Shown: positions 16,665 to 28,819, counted from the stretch's first letter. The stretch: DNA of 64,000 bases from an uncultured Thermoleophilia bacterium (GCA_963831295.1 CAWHPR010000002.1:236881-300880); one strand, 5' to 3'. The notes: a model not told the origin generated them from the letters alone. A program made the numbers and translations.

Positions 16665-17917
16665 TCAAACGCGAAACAGGCGTACGCACACCTCGTTGGC
16701 GACGTACCGCCCCTTTCGCGTCACGCCGGATTGTACCACCGTGCAGCGAGATCATGCCAGCTTCGGCGAGAGGCGGCAGCGCCTCCGGGGCAAGGACCGC
16801 CGCGAGCTCGGCGAGGGGGACCCGCAGCCCGCCGCGAGCGGCCAGCATGAGGCGCTCGCGGGCCACATCGACGTCGCTCAGCTCCTCGACCTCGTGCGGG
16901 GGCAGCCTCGCCGCCGGAGAGCGCCCCCACGTAGGCCGTGACGTCACGCGTCGTCGCCCAACGTCGCCGGCCGACGGTCGACACGGCGCCGGCGCCGAGG
17001 CCGAGGTAGGGCCGGGCGCGCCAGTACGCCACGTTGTGGCGCGCCCGCCTCCCCGGCAGGGCGAAGTTGCTGACCTCGTACCAGCGGTACCCGGCCGCGG
17101 TGAGCGCCCGCACGATGCGCCGGTAGCCGGCCGCCCTCTCGTCGTCGTCCGGGCGGCCGACGCGCGACGACGCCGCCCGGCCCCGCAGGCGCTCCGCCAG
17201 GACGGTGCCCTCCGCGACGTCGAGCTCGTACCAGCTCACGTGCTCCGGCCGGAGGGCGCCGACGGCGGAGATGTCCGCCTCGAGGTCCTCGCGCGTCTGG
17301 CCGGGGATGCCGTGCATGAGATCGATCGACAGATTCGTCACGCCGGCCCGCGAAGGAGGCGGACGGCGTCGGCCGGATCGGCGACGGCGCGGCGCCCGAG
17401 CGCGTCCCGCAGCCGCGGGTCGAAGCTCTGCGCGCCGAGCGAGACGCGCAGCCCGCGACGAACGGGCGGTCGCGCCTGCGGCGCTCGCCCGGCCCGTCGC
17501 GCCCCGACGGCCGCCGGCGTCGTGGCCGCCCAGCGCGCAGTAAGCCTCGTCGACGTCCTCCGGATTGGTCTCGACCGTCACCTCGGCGGCGGGCGTCAGG
17601 AAGGGCCGGAACGGCTCGAGCAGTCGCTCGAGCCGTTCCGGCCCGAGCAGGCTGGGGGTGCCGCCGCCGAGGTAGAGCGTCTCGAGGCGGCGCACGTCGT
17701 GCGCCGCCGCCTCGCGCTCCCATTCGGCGGCGACGGCCGCGACGTAGCCGTCGAGCAGCCGCGCCCGACCCTCGTCGACCGTCGTGTCTCGACGTCCGGC
17801 GGCGGGGCCGACGGCGGTCGAGGCGAAGTCGCAGTAGTCGCAGCGCTCACGGCAGAACGGCACGTGCACGTAGACGTGACGCACAGGGCCGGCGAAGGGG
17901 CCGGGACCGTCGCTCAT
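16665..17917 (-). pseudogene. hemW: Radical-SAM heme chaperone HemW (HemN-like), at least four frame changes
   Basis: The start ATG 17917 overlaps the GNAT stop (ATGA). HVYVHVPFCRERCDYCDF is in frame 1. VSLGAQSFDPRLRDALGRRAVADPADAVRLLR is in a second frame. AGVTNLSIDLMHGIPGQT...YVGALSGGEA returns to frame 1. PPHEVEELSDVDVARERLML...LHGGTI is in a third frame (track ORF 16645..16947). The tail GVTRKGRYVANEVCVRLFRV* changes frame again and stops at 16667-16665. Confidence 0.8.
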
Positions 17918-18500
17918 CGTGTCGGCGGCGACGTCGGGACGAGGAAGAAGAGATTCTGGCCCTCCTCGCGCTCGATCCGCCCGCCGTTCTTCTCGATCAC
18001 GCGCCTCGAGGCCGTGTTGTCGACGTCGCAGTCCAGATGGGCGAGCTCGATGCCGAGAGACGCGGCGATGGGCAGCGCGACGGCCAGCATCGCGGTCGCG
18101 TGCCCCTGCCGGCGGGCGCTCGGCCGGACCTCGAAGCCGATGTTGCCGCCCTCGCGCAGCAGATCCTCGGTCAGGTGGTGGCGGATCGCGACGCGGCCGA
18201 GGTAGTCCTCGCCGCGTACCCACCACAGCGTCGTCTGCGGCGCGTAGCCCCCGTCGGGCGGCGCCGGCGGCGCGGAGCCGGCGAGCGCCGCGACGTACCG
18301 GTCCGGCTCGCCCGGGCGCGCCACGTCGGCGCGCAGCGCCGCGACGTAGCGCGCAAACTCGGCGGGATCGGCGAGCGCCGCAGCCGGCAGCTCGAGATGG
18401 AGGCCCTCGGCGTGGTACTCCTCGAGGGCCGTCAGGAACGATGCGTGGAAGGCGACGTCGGGCCTGTCGAGTCGAGGCCGCCCGCCCGGCTCCCCGCCCA

Positions 18501-18501
<1 letters not shown>
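17914..18501 (-). CDS. GNAT-family N-acetyltransferase
   Basis: These are the last 195 codons of the 1486-aa track ORF: [29 protein letters not shown]...[28 protein letters not shown]...[13 protein letters not shown] (acetyl-CoA-binding R-x-x-G-x-A pattern). Its ATG overlaps the lepA stop (TGATG) and its stop overlaps the hemW ATG (ATGA). Confidence 0.8.
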
Positions 18502-20319
<1,818 letters not shown>

Positions 20320-20365
20320 GACGCTGAATGATACAGGCTGGGGCCGGCTCGACCGACCGCCCGCG

Positions 20366-21999
20366 TCAGGCCCCGGGGCCCGGGGCCGCGGGGCCGGCGG
20401 CGGGACGGCGGACGGCGCTTCGGGCGGGGCGTCGGCAGGCGGTCCGCCGCGGCGGCTCACCGCCTGCCACACGAGCCCCAGCTCGGGCAGGTGCAGGGCG
20501 CGCGAGAGGCCGACGTACGCCGCCGCGCCCAGCAGCAGCGCCGCCAAGAGCGCGGCGAGACGCTGGGCGAAGCCTCCGGCCGCGAACCCGTCGAGCAGGC
20601 GCCACGCGCCCCAGCTCACCGCGCCCAGCGCGGCCGCGCAGACCAGCGCGCCGGCGGCCGAACGCGCCATCTGCCGCCCGTCCATGCGACCGATCTGGCG
20701 GCGCAGGAGCCACAGCAGGGCGATGAAGTTGAAGGCCGAGACGGCCGAGGTCGACAGGGTGATGGCGCCGACGCCCAGCGCGTCGAGCAGCAGCCAGATG
20801 AGCAGCGCGTTGAGGCCCAGGTTGGCGATGCCCACGTAGAAGGGCAGCCAGGGGCGCTGCAGGCTCTGGAAGCTCCGGTTGAACATGATGTTCACGTTGG
20901 CGAAGACGAGCCCCAGCGAGTAGAAGGCGAGAGCAATGGAGACGCCCTCGGTGGCGGCCGCGTCGAAGGCGCCGCGCTCGTAGACCAGAGCGACGATCGG
21001 CCCCGGGATGACCGCGAACCACACCACGAAGGGGAGCGAGACGTAGACCATCTCGCGCGCGCCGAGCGAGACGGTCTCCTTGAAGCGGTCGAGGTCCTCC
21101 AGCGCGGCGAAGCGCGAGAGCGACGGGAACAGGACGGTGCCGATGGTCACCGCGAAGATCCCCTGGGGCAACTGGTAGAGACGGAAGGCGTAGGAGATCT
21201 CGGCGGCGGCGGAGGCGCTCACGTACTGGGCGAACAGGGTGCCGATCAGGGCGTTGAAGTTGAGGATCCCGAGCGTCAGCGTGATCGGCACCATGAGCAG
21301 CAGGACGCGGCGCAACAGGGGGTCGCCGAAGGCGAGCCGCGGCCGCAGGAACCCGCCCTCGTCGCGCAGCGCCCAGGCGAGCAGCGCGACCTCGACGAGC
21401 GTGCCGACGAGGTTGCCCCAGGCGAGCGCGTAGACCCCGAGATGGTCGCTGCCGAACACGATGAAGGCGATGATCACGAGGTTCCAGAGGATCGACACGA
21501 CGGCCGGCATCGTGAAGCGCTCGAACGAGTAGAGGATCCCGATGAGGACGCCGGCCACCGACAGCACCAGCACGGTGGGCGCGAGGACCTGCAGCAGCTC
21601 GGCGGCGAGCGTGCCCGCCGCGAGCGTCGTGGTCAGCTCGGGATAGAGCGCGTGGACCACCGGCGACGCCGTCGCGAGGAGCACGACCGTGACGCCGCCG
21701 ACGGCGAGCAGCACGAGCCCGAGCAGAGAACCGGCGAGGCGGCGAGCGCGTGCCGTGTCGCCGCCCACGAGCAGCGCCGTGAACACCGGGACGAAGGCGG
21801 CGCTGATCGCCGCGTCGGCGAAGAGTTGCCGGATGAGGTTCGGCACGACCGAGACCGAGATGAACACGTTCAGATCGGGGTCGACGCCGTAGTAGCCGGC
21901 CGTCAGCACCTCGCGGCCCAAGCCGACGATACGCGAGAGCGCCGTGGCCACGGCCACGACCACGGCCGCCCAGGCGAGTCTGCGGGTGCGTTCGCTCAC
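20366..21999 (-). CDS. murJ: Lipid II flippase MurJ (MviN); 3-prime end unresolved
   Basis: GTG 21999 gives [39 protein letters not shown]...FVPVF..., the typical MurJ polytopic pattern. There is no in-frame stop before the lepA ATG. The nearest stop, TGA 20368-20366, is in another frame, just after G/C homopolymer runs. Confidence 0.75.
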
Positions 22000-22128
22000 G
22001 GCTCTCTCATTCGACCTCGGGCGCCGTCTCACTGCCCCGGGAGCGGAGCGGCGCCGGCCGGGCGGGAAGGTGTCCCGCCCGGCCGGCGCCCCAGTGTACC
22101 AGAGCGGCCCAGCGGGCTCGCGGGCGGC

Positions 22129-22158
22129 TTGCCGCGTGCCCACGGCCTGTGGTAGCAT
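22129..22158 (+). promoter_or_regulatory. Candidate rpsT promoter (TTGCCG - 18 nt - TAGCAT)
   Basis: Hexamers at 22129-22134 and 22153-22158, 43 nt upstream of the rpsT GTG. Pattern match only. Confidence 0.3.
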
Positions 22159-22201
22159 CCCGCGGCCAAGCCGTCGTGGCGTGGCCGAACGAAGGGATCT
22201 C

Positions 22202-22468
22202 GTGGCCAACACCGTCCAGCAGAAGAAGCGCAACCGCCTGTCTCTCAAGCAGCGCCTGCGCAACCGGCACGCCAAGTCGACCATCAAGACGCTGTTCAAG
22301 ACGCTCGACACGAGCGTGACCGAGCAGCAGGCCGACGAGGCCACCGAGCTGGCCCGTCTGCTCACGCGTCGCATCGATCAGGCGGCCGCCAAGGGCGTCA
22401 TCCATAAGAACAACGCCGCCCGCAAGAAGAGCCAGGTCGCGCAGATGATGACGCGCCTCCCCGGCTGA
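22202..22468 (+). CDS. rpsT: 30S ribosomal protein S20
   Basis: [33 protein letters not shown]...[14 protein letters not shown] is a typical S20. The upstream part of the track ORF (21944..) is noncoding read-through. Confidence 0.92.
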   Translation: MANTVQQKKRNRLSLKQRLRNRHAKSTIKTLFKTLDTSVTEQQADEATELARLLTRRIDQAAAKGVIHKNNAARKKSQVAQMMTRLPG

Positions 22469-22487
22469 CGCACACCCCGCCGCCGGC

Positions 22488-23528
22488 TCACTCCTCCTCA
22501 AGCATCCGCGCCAGCGCCAGTTCGAGCACCAGGCGCGCGCCGTGGTTCGCACCGCCCTCGCTCTCCAGCGTCGCCGGCGCCCTGCCGCGCATCCCGGTCT
22601 CGGCCCACGCCAGAGCGATGAGGGCCCTGCGCACAGCCCGCGGCCCGAACGTCCTCTGTTGCTCCATCAGTTTCTGCGCGGTGAACGGGTGCACTCCGAG
22701 CGCGCGCGCCACCTGACTGCGATCGCCCTGCTCCTCCCCGCCGCCGAGCTCGTGGAGCGTACCGAGCAGCCGGACGTGGCGCAGCAGCGTGTAGAGCACC
22801 CGCCCCGCGTCCTCACCGCCCGCGAACACCTGCTCGAGGAGCGCGAAGGCGCGCGCCCTGTCGTGACGGCCGACGGCGTCGGTGAGCGCGAAGACGCGCG
22901 CCTCCACCGTGGCCGTGCAGACCGCCTCGACCTCCTCCTCCCCGGCCTCGGCGCCACCACAGTACGCGGCCAGCTTCTCGATCTCGCGCTCGAAGACCTC
23001 CATGTGCTCGCCCGCGCCCTCGTCGCTCCGCTCCGGCCAGCCGACCAGCGCGACCAGGCGCCGGCGCCCGGTCGCCGTCAGCCGTAGCCCGTGCGCGCGA
23101 GCGCGCTTCTGCACCCACCCGTCGAGCCCGGCCTTCTTCGGCATGTCCCGGGTGAGGATCTCCCCGACCCGGGCCACCGCCTTGGCGAGCACGTCGTCCT
23201 TCGCGTACTTGGTGGCCTCGAGGGCGAGGACCGTCTCGGGCATCGGGTCGTCGAGGTACTTCGCGAGCAGTTTGCGCTGCGGGCTCTTCCACGCCTGCGC
23301 GTCGGTCACCAGGATCAGCCGGCGACCGAGCACGAAGCTCGGCGTCTCCGCCGCGGCGATCACCACCGCCGCCTCGCTCTCGCGGGCGTCGAACACGGCG
23401 ACGTTCAGGTCGCTGCCGGACTCCTCGGTCACGCGCTGACGCAAGCGGGCGAGCGTCCGGCGCACGAGCGGTCGGTCGCTGCCGCAGATCAGGTAGGCGG
23501 GCTTGAGGGGTGGCTTCTCGGAGGTCAC
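22488..23528 (-). CDS. holA: DNA polymerase III delta subunit
   Basis: The GTG at 23528 gives VTSEKPPLKPAYLICGSDRPLVRRTLARLRQRV.... Length (346 aa) and the position after comEC are typical of holA. Confidence 0.8.
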   Translation of the reverse strand: MTSEKPPLKPAYLICGSDRPLVRRTLARLRQRVTEESGSDLNVAVFDARESEAAVVIAAAETPSFVLGRRLILVTDAQAWKSPQRKLLAKYLDDPMPETVLALEATKYAKDDVLAKAVARVGEILTRDMPKKAGLDGWVQKRARAHGLRLTATGRRRLVALVGWPERSDEGAGEHMEVFEREIEKLAAYCGGAEAGEEEVEAVCTATVEARVFALTDAVGRHDRARAFALLEQVFAGGEDAGRVLYTLLRHVRLLGTLHELGGGEEQGDRSQVARALGVHPFTAQKLMEQQRTFGPRAVRRALIALAWAETGMRGRAPATLESEGGANHGARLVLELALARMLEEE

Positions 23529-23785
23529 GGCGCGAAGGATAGCACCGTCGGCGCGACCGGGTGGCGTCAGCGCGTGCGGCGCGCGTGCGGCGGGCGCGGT
23601 CGACGCAGGCTCGGCCGCTCGGTAGCATGGGTCACGATCATCCCCTCTCGGGACCGCCGGAGGTGCTGCCCGCCATGACCTGCTGCTTCGCGACATTCCC
23701 CCTGCTCGGCGCCGGGCTGTGCCCGGTGGTGCTGGCACGTCCCTGTCCACGTCCACGACCGTCCTGCTGATCGCCGCCGCCGCTG

Positions 23786-24124
23786 GTGCTCGAGCTCGCC
23801 TTGCTGGTGCTCGCCCTGGTCGACGTGCTGCGCCGGCCGGACGAAGCGGTCACGGGCGGCCGGCGCTGGGTCTGGATCCTCGTCATCGTCCTGATGCAGA
23901 CGCTGGGCCCGATCATCTACTTCGCCGCCGGGCGGCGGCCGCGGCCGGTGGCCGACCCCGGCCGCGACGGCGGGGCGAGCGCCGGCGAGACGAGCGCCGG
24001 CGGCGCTCCCGGCGCCGACGCGCGGCCCGCCGACCGCGTCGGCCACACGGTCGACGTCCTCTACGGGCAGGGCGCCGCGGACGGCGGCGAGAGCTCGCCG
24101 AGCGAGCGCGACGGACTTGACTGA
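23786..24124 (+). CDS. PLD-nuclease-N-terminal-domain (PLDc_N) small membrane protein
   Basis: LLVLALVDVLRRP...RWVWILVIVLMQTLGPIIYFAAGRRP is the characteristic two-helix PLDc_N pattern, followed by an acidic or low-complexity tail. Confidence 0.7.
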   Translation: MLELALLVLALVDVLRRPDEAVTGGRRWVWILVIVLMQTLGPIIYFAAGRRPRPVADPGRDGGASAGETSAGGAPGADARPADRVGHTVDVLYGQGAADGGESSPSERDGLD

Positions 24125-25040
24125 CGGTCCGATCGAGCTCGAGGGGGTCGTCAAGACCTTCGGTGGCGTGCGGGCGCTCGACGGCGTCACCCTGAGCGTG
24201 CCGCGCGGCTCCGTCTTCGGCTTCCTCGGCCCCAACGGGTCCGGCAAGACCACGACGCTGCGCATCCTCACCGGGCTGGCGCGCCCGACCGCCGGCCGTG
24301 TCAGCGTCCTGGGCCACACGCCGTTCCCCGCGGGCGCCGAGCTGCTCGCGCGCATCGGCTACCTCCCCGACGTGCCGCACTTCTACGAGTGGATGACCGG
24401 CGCCGAGTTCCTGCGCTTCTCGGGCCGGCTCTTCGGCCTCGAGCGCGCCGTGCTCGAGGAGCGCGTCGACGCGCTGCTCGAGCTCAGCGGCCTGCGCGGC
24501 GTCACCGGCAAGGTCGGCGGCTACTCGCGCGGCATGAAGCAGCGGCTCGGGGTGGCGCAGGCGCTCGTCAACGCGCCCGACCTGCTCCTCCTCGACGAGC
24601 CGACGAGCGCCCTCGACCCGCTGGGCCGCAAGGAGATCCTCGACATGATCGCCGGGCTGCGCGGCCGCGCGACCGTGTTCTTCTCGACCCACATCCTCGC
24701 CGACGTCGAGCGCACCTGCGACACGGTCGCGATCCTCGACCACGGCCGCGTCGTGGCGCAGGCGCCGATCCACGACCTGCGCCGTCGTACCGGCCGCCAC
24801 CGCCTGCTGGTCGGCGTCGACGACCCGGGGCGTCTCGCCGCCGCGGTCGAGGGGCGGCCCTGGCTGCTCGCCGCCGAGACGACGCCCGGGCTCGCGCGGC
24901 TGACGGTGACCGAGTTGGTCGCCGCACAGCGCGAGCTCCCCGCCGTCGTTGCCGAGCTCGGGCTCGCGCTCGCGCGCTTCGAGACCGACGAGCTCTCGCT
25001 CGAGGAGGTCTTCGTCGACCTCGTGGGAGGGCGGGCGTGA
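24117..25040 (+). CDS. ABC transporter ATP-binding protein
   Basis: GPNGSGKTTTLRIL (Walker A), LSGGMKQR-like YSRGMKQRLGVAQAL, LLLLDEPTSALD. The TTG start overlaps the upstream stop. Confidence 0.92.
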   Translation: MTDGPIELEGVVKTFGGVRALDGVTLSVPRGSVFGFLGPNGSGKTTTLRILTGLARPTAGRVSVLGHTPFPAGAELLARIGYLPDVPHFYEWMTGAEFLRFSGRLFGLERAVLEERVDALLELSGLRGVTGKVGGYSRGMKQRLGVAQALVNAPDLLLLDEPTSALDPLGRKEILDMIAGLRGRATVFFSTHILADVERTCDTVAILDHGRVVAQAPIHDLRRRTGRHRLLVGVDDPGRLAAAVEGRPWLLAAETTPGLARLTVTELVAAQRELPAVVAELGLALARFETDELSLEEVFVDLVGGRA

Positions 25041-25798
25041 GCGGCTTCGCCGTGTTCGTGCGCAAAGAGCTCCTGGAGATCCTCCGGACCTGGCGCATCT
25101 GGGTGCTGCCCGGCGTCCTCGTCTTCGCCGCCGTGAGCTCGCCGGTGCTGACCGCGCTGCTGCCGACGTTCATCGAACACTTCGGGTCGTCGACGCCCGG
25201 GCTCTCGATCGAGGTCGCCGAGGTGACGTCGCTGGACGCGTACACCGAGTACCTCGGCAACCTCGGCGAGCTCGTCGCCCTCGCGATCCTGATCGCCTAC
25301 GGGGGCCTCGTCAGCGGCGAGCTGCGCGGCGGGCCGGGGCCGCTCGTCCTGACCAAGCCGCTCTCGCGGCCCGCGTACGTCCTCGCCAAGCTGGCGGCCC
25401 AGGGGCTGCTCCTGATCGCGGCCATGATCGCCGCCACCGCTCTCTGCGTCGCCGTGACGACCGCGCTCTTCGACGCCGGGCCCGTCGCCGGTCTGGCGGC
25501 GGCGGTCGGCCTCTGGCTCGCCTACGCCCTCTGGCTCCTCTGTCTCGTGCTCGCGCTGTCCAGCCTGCTGTCGGCGCCGGTCGCCGCCTCGGCGGCAGGC
25601 GTGGGGGCGTACGTGGCGCTGGCGGTGCTGAGCCAGTTCAGCTTCGCGCAGTCGTCGTTCGCGGCGCTGCCCGGTCTGGCCGGGGACGCGCTCGCCGGCC
25701 GCGAGGTCGCGGCGACGTGGCCGCTGGTCACGGCGCTGCTGACCGCCGGCGCGCTGGCGGCGCTCGCCGTCGTGCGCTTCGGCCGCCGCGAGGTCTAG
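25037..25798 (+). CDS. ABC-2-type transporter permease
   Basis: GTGA overlap with the ATPase stop. The 253-aa product VSGFAVFVRKELLEILRTWRIWVLPGVLVFA... has about 6 TM helices. Confidence 0.8.
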   Translation: MSGFAVFVRKELLEILRTWRIWVLPGVLVFAAVSSPVLTALLPTFIEHFGSSTPGLSIEVAEVTSLDAYTEYLGNLGELVALAILIAYGGLVSGELRGGPGPLVLTKPLSRPAYVLAKLAAQGLLLIAAMIAATALCVAVTTALFDAGPVAGLAAAVGLWLAYALWLLCLVLALSSLLSAPVAASAAGVGAYVALAVLSQFSFAQSSFAALPGLAGDALAGREVAATWPLVTALLTAGALAALAVVRFGRREV

Positions 25799-25803
25799 CC
25801 GGC

Positions 25804-28224
25804 CTAGTCGAGCTCCGTCCAGACCCGCAGCCCGCCGGCGACGGCGGCGGACGTCGTCGCCGTCGCATCCGCCGCGGCCGCCGGCCACCCACAGACGATC
25901 ACCTCGCCGACACGGTCGGTGCGCAGCAGCGGCACCCCGTGCTCGGCCAGCAGCGCCTCCATCTCGGGCGTCGGGTGGCCGAAGGTGTTGGGGCCGACGG
26001 AGACGACCGCGAGGCGCGGGAGCAGGCGCTCGAGTAGCGCCGCGTCGACCCCGCCGCGGCTGCCGTGATGCGGGATCTCGAGCACGTCGAGGCGCGGCAG
26101 GGACAGCCGCGCCAGGACCTCACCCTCGGCGTCGCCCGGCACGAGCACGACGACGCCCCCGAGGTCCACGAGCACGACGAGGGCCACGTCGTTCTCGGCC
26201 TGGTTGGCGTCGGAGCTGCCCGAGGCCGTCGTGGGCAGAACGCGCAGACTCCAGCCGGACCCGGTCAGCTCGTAGGGCGACGTGCAGACGCCGACCTCGG
26301 CGCCGGCGGCGACGAGGTCGGCCGCGATCTCTCCGAGCGCCGAGTCGGGCGCTTCGGCGCACGGCACCAGCGCGGCCGCGATCGGTATCTCGCCCACGAT
26401 GTCGCTGAGCCCCGCCACGTGGTCGGCGTGCCCGTGCGACAGGATGAGCAGGTCGATTTGGCGCACGCCGTGCCGACGCAACTCCTCGGCCAGGGGGTCA
26501 GGGCCGGCGTCGATCAGCACCGTCGGTCCCTCCGGCGCCTGGACGAGCGTCGCGGCTCCTTCTCCGACATCGAGGAAGGTGAGGCGCGGCTCCGACGGCG
26601 CGCCCGCCGGAGCCGGCGCCAGCAGCAGCGCCGCGGCGAGCACGGCGGCGGTCGCCAGCGCCACGCGGGAGCGGCGGGAGCGGGCTGCGGCGTAGGCCAG
26701 CAGGCCGCCGCCCGCCCGCCGCGCGAGCAGCGCCAGCACCAGCGCCTCGACCGCGAGGGCCGCCACCAGCACCACGACGAGCGTCGGGCCGCGCCACTCG
26801 TAGACCGCCCACGAGGGCCGCGCGAAGAACCGCGAGACCTCGACCAGGAAGCCGAGCAGCACGCCGCTGACGAGGTTGAGCGGCACGCCGACGAGGCGAT
26901 GGACGAAGCCGAGCAGCAGGCTCAGCATGCCGAGGAACATGACGATGCCGAGCACGAAGCCGCCGATCACGTTGGCGGGCACGGCGACGATCGAGGCCGA
27001 GCCGAAGGCGATCAGGGAGACGGGAGCGGTCGCCAGGCTGGCCGCCGTGGTGACGCCCGCCTGTTCGCCGAGCGGCCCGGGCAAGAAGGATAGGCGGCGC
27101 GTCAGCGGCCGCGCCAGCACGAGGAGACCGGCGACGGCGGCGAACGACAGCTGGAAGCTGATGTCGAAGACCGTCGCCGGGTTGATCGAGAGCAGGAGCG
27201 CGGCCGGCGCCAGCAGCAGCAGCCAGCCGTCGGTCGGCCGCGCGACCAGCATCGCCAGGAGGCCGATGATGCCCGCGCACCCGGCCCGCACGATCGAGGG
27301 CGCAGCCCCGGTCAGCAGCACGTACACCAGCACGACGGCGATCAGCACCGCCAGCCGCGCCTGCCGGGGGACGCCGAGAAGGCCGAGCGCGAAACCCCAC
27401 ATCGAGCAGAGCAGGACGACGTTCTCGCCGGAGACGGCGAGGATATGGAGGAGCCCGCTGCGCCGGAAGGCGTCGATGAGGGCCGGGTCGAGGCGCTCGT
27501 CGTCGCCCAGGACCATGCCCTGCAGGACCTCGCGGACCGGCGAGTGCAGACCGGCGGCGAGGTGGTCGCGGGAGGCGCGGCGCAGCCCGTCGACGAGGCC
27601 GAGCGCCCCTCCCCGGCGCCCGACCATGCGCAGATCCGCGTAGCGCCCCTCGACCATGACGTGCTCGCCCCGCCGCCGCAGGTAGCGGCCGTAGTCGAAG
27701 CCGCCGTCGTCGGGCGGAGGAGGAAGGTCTTCGACCCGCGCGCCGGTGACCACGAGCAGCGCGCCCTCGGTCAGAGCGCCGCACTGATCGAGATCGGGGG
27801 TCTCGCCCTCTTCGACTCGCAGGGCGAGGTGCGCGGGCTCGCCGACCGGCCGAGCCCGTCGACCGCGGTCACGCGCACGGGCAGCGAGAAGCGGTCGCCG
27901 CGCAGCTCGGGGAGGTCGACGAGCGTCGCGCTGCAGGGTCACCGAACGGCCGATCGACGGCGTGAGCTCGGAGCGCTCGAGCGCCGTCAGGCGGGCGCCG
28001 CCGACGGCGGCGCCCGCCACGACGAAGAGCGCGGCCAGCGCCGCGGCCGCCGGCAGCCGCGGCCGGCCGGCCGGCGGCAGACGCAGCGCCGGCACGAGCG
28101 CGACAGCCGCACACATGGCGGCAGCGAGCAGGGCGACGGCCGAGGGCCGCCAGGCCAGCGCCGCGACCAGGCCGCCGACGTAGCCCCCGAGCAGGACGTG
28201 CAGCGGCGCGACCCGGGCCGTCAC
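25804..28224 (-). CDS. comEC: DNA internalization competence protein ComEC/Rec2 (competence domain plus metallo-beta-lactamase domain)
   Basis: 806 aa. LHILAVSGENV competence core, C-terminal LTFLDVGEGAATLV...LILSHGHADHVAGL. An internal stretch of about 80 nt (about 27850-27930) is out of frame but compensated. Confidence 0.9.
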   Translation of the reverse strand: MTARVAPLHVLLGGYVGGLVAALAWRPSAVALLAAAMCAAVALVPALRLPPAGRPRLPAAAALAALFVVAGAAVGGARLTALERSELTPSIGRSVTLQRDARRPPRAARRPLLAARARDRGRRARPVGEPAHLALRVEEGETPDLDQCGALTEGALLVVTGARVEDLPPPPDDGGFDYGRYLRRRGEHVMVEGRYADLRMVGRRGGALGLVDGLRRASRDHLAAGLHSPVREVLQGMVLGDDERLDPALIDAFRRSGLLHILAVSGENVVLLCSMWGFALGLLGVPRQARLAVLIAVVLVYVLLTGAAPSIVRAGCAGIIGLLAMLVARPTDGWLLLLAPAALLLSINPATVFDISFQLSFAAVAGLLVLARPLTRRLSFLPGPLGEQAGVTTAASLATAPVSLIAFGSASIVAVPANVIGGFVLGIVMFLGMLSLLLGFVHRLVGVPLNLVSGVLLGFLVEVSRFFARPSWAVYEWRGPTLVVVLVAALAVEALVLALLARRAGGGLLAYAAARSRRSRVALATAAVLAAALLLAPAPAGAPSEPRLTFLDVGEGAATLVQAPEGPTVLIDAGPDPLAEELRRHGVRQIDLLILSHGHADHVAGLSDIVGEIPIAAALVPCAEAPDSALGEIAADLVAAGAEVGVCTSPYELTGSGWSLRVLPTTASGSSDANQAENDVALVVLVDLGGVVVLVPGDAEGEVLARLSLPRLDVLEIPHHGSRGGVDAALLERLLPRLAVVSVGPNTFGHPTPEMEALLAEHGVPLLRTDRVGEVIVCGWPAAAADATATTSAAVAGGLRVWTELD

Positions 28225-28225
28225 G

Positions 28226-28819
28226 TCAGACGGTGATCGCGTCCTTCATGGCCGCGAACTTCGCGTCGCCGATGCCGGGCACGTTCTTGATGTCGTCGAT
28301 CGCCGTGAACGGCCCCTGCTCGGTGCGGTAGTCGATGATCGCCTGCGCGGTGGCGGGGCCGACGCCCGACAGCTCCTCGAGTTCGTCGAGCGAGGCCGTG
28401 TTGATGTTGACGAGAGCGCCCACGGCGGTCGCCGCCGCGGCGGCGACCGCCGGCGCCGCTCCGCGCTCGGGCACGACGATCTGCTGGCCGTCGATCAGCT
28501 TGGCGGCCAGGTTCACGGCGGCGAGCTCGGCGCGTCCGGTGGCCCCGCCGGCCATCTCGATCGCGTCGCAGACGCGCGCGCCCGCAGGCAAGCGGACCAC
28601 GCCGGGCTGCCGCACCGCACCGCACACGTAGACCGTGACGTCGGGAGCGGCCGACGGCGCGGCCGACGGCGCGGCGGAGAGGGCCGCCAGCGCCAGCTGC
28701 GAGCCGCCGGGCTCGGCCCCGGCCCGCGGCAGCACGACGTAGCGGACGCCGAGGGCGAGCACCACGACGCCGAGGGCGAGATAGGCGTACAGCTGGCGGC
28801 GGGTCAGACTCATGGGCAC
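28226..28819 (-). CDS. comEA: Competence protein ComEA (SLBB plus helix-hairpin-helix DNA-binding)
   Basis: N-terminal TM helix and C-terminal VNINTASLDELEELSGVGPATAQAIIDYRTEQGPFTAIDDIKNVPGIGDAKF. Confidence 0.9.
   Translation of the reverse strand: MPMSLTRRQLYAYLALGVVVLALGVRYVVLPRAGAEPGGSQLALAALSAAPSAAPSAAPDVTVYVCGAVRQPGVVRLPAGARVCDAIEMAGGATGRAELAAVNLAAKLIDGQQIVVPERGAAPAVAAAAATAVGALVNINTASLDELEELSGVGPATAQAIIDYRTEQGPFTAIDDIKNVPGIGDAKFAAMKDAITV

Noticed and set aside
16649-16720. CIRCE operator (TTAGCACTC-N9-GAGTGCTAA) upstream of hrcA
   Set aside because: It is not present in the short region upstream of hrcA, which is the 3-prime end of hemW. The only TTAGCAC in the window (about 35767) lacks the inverted partner.
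23675-23770. A 31-codon Cys-rich hydrophobic micro-ORF (MTCCFATFPLLGAGLCPVVLARPCPRPRPSC) upstream of the PLDc_N gene
   Set aside because: GGAGG is 11 nt from the ATG, which is poor spacing. There is no recognisable motif, and the C-terminal half is Pro/Arg-rich like noncoding GC-rich sequence. Support is insufficient.
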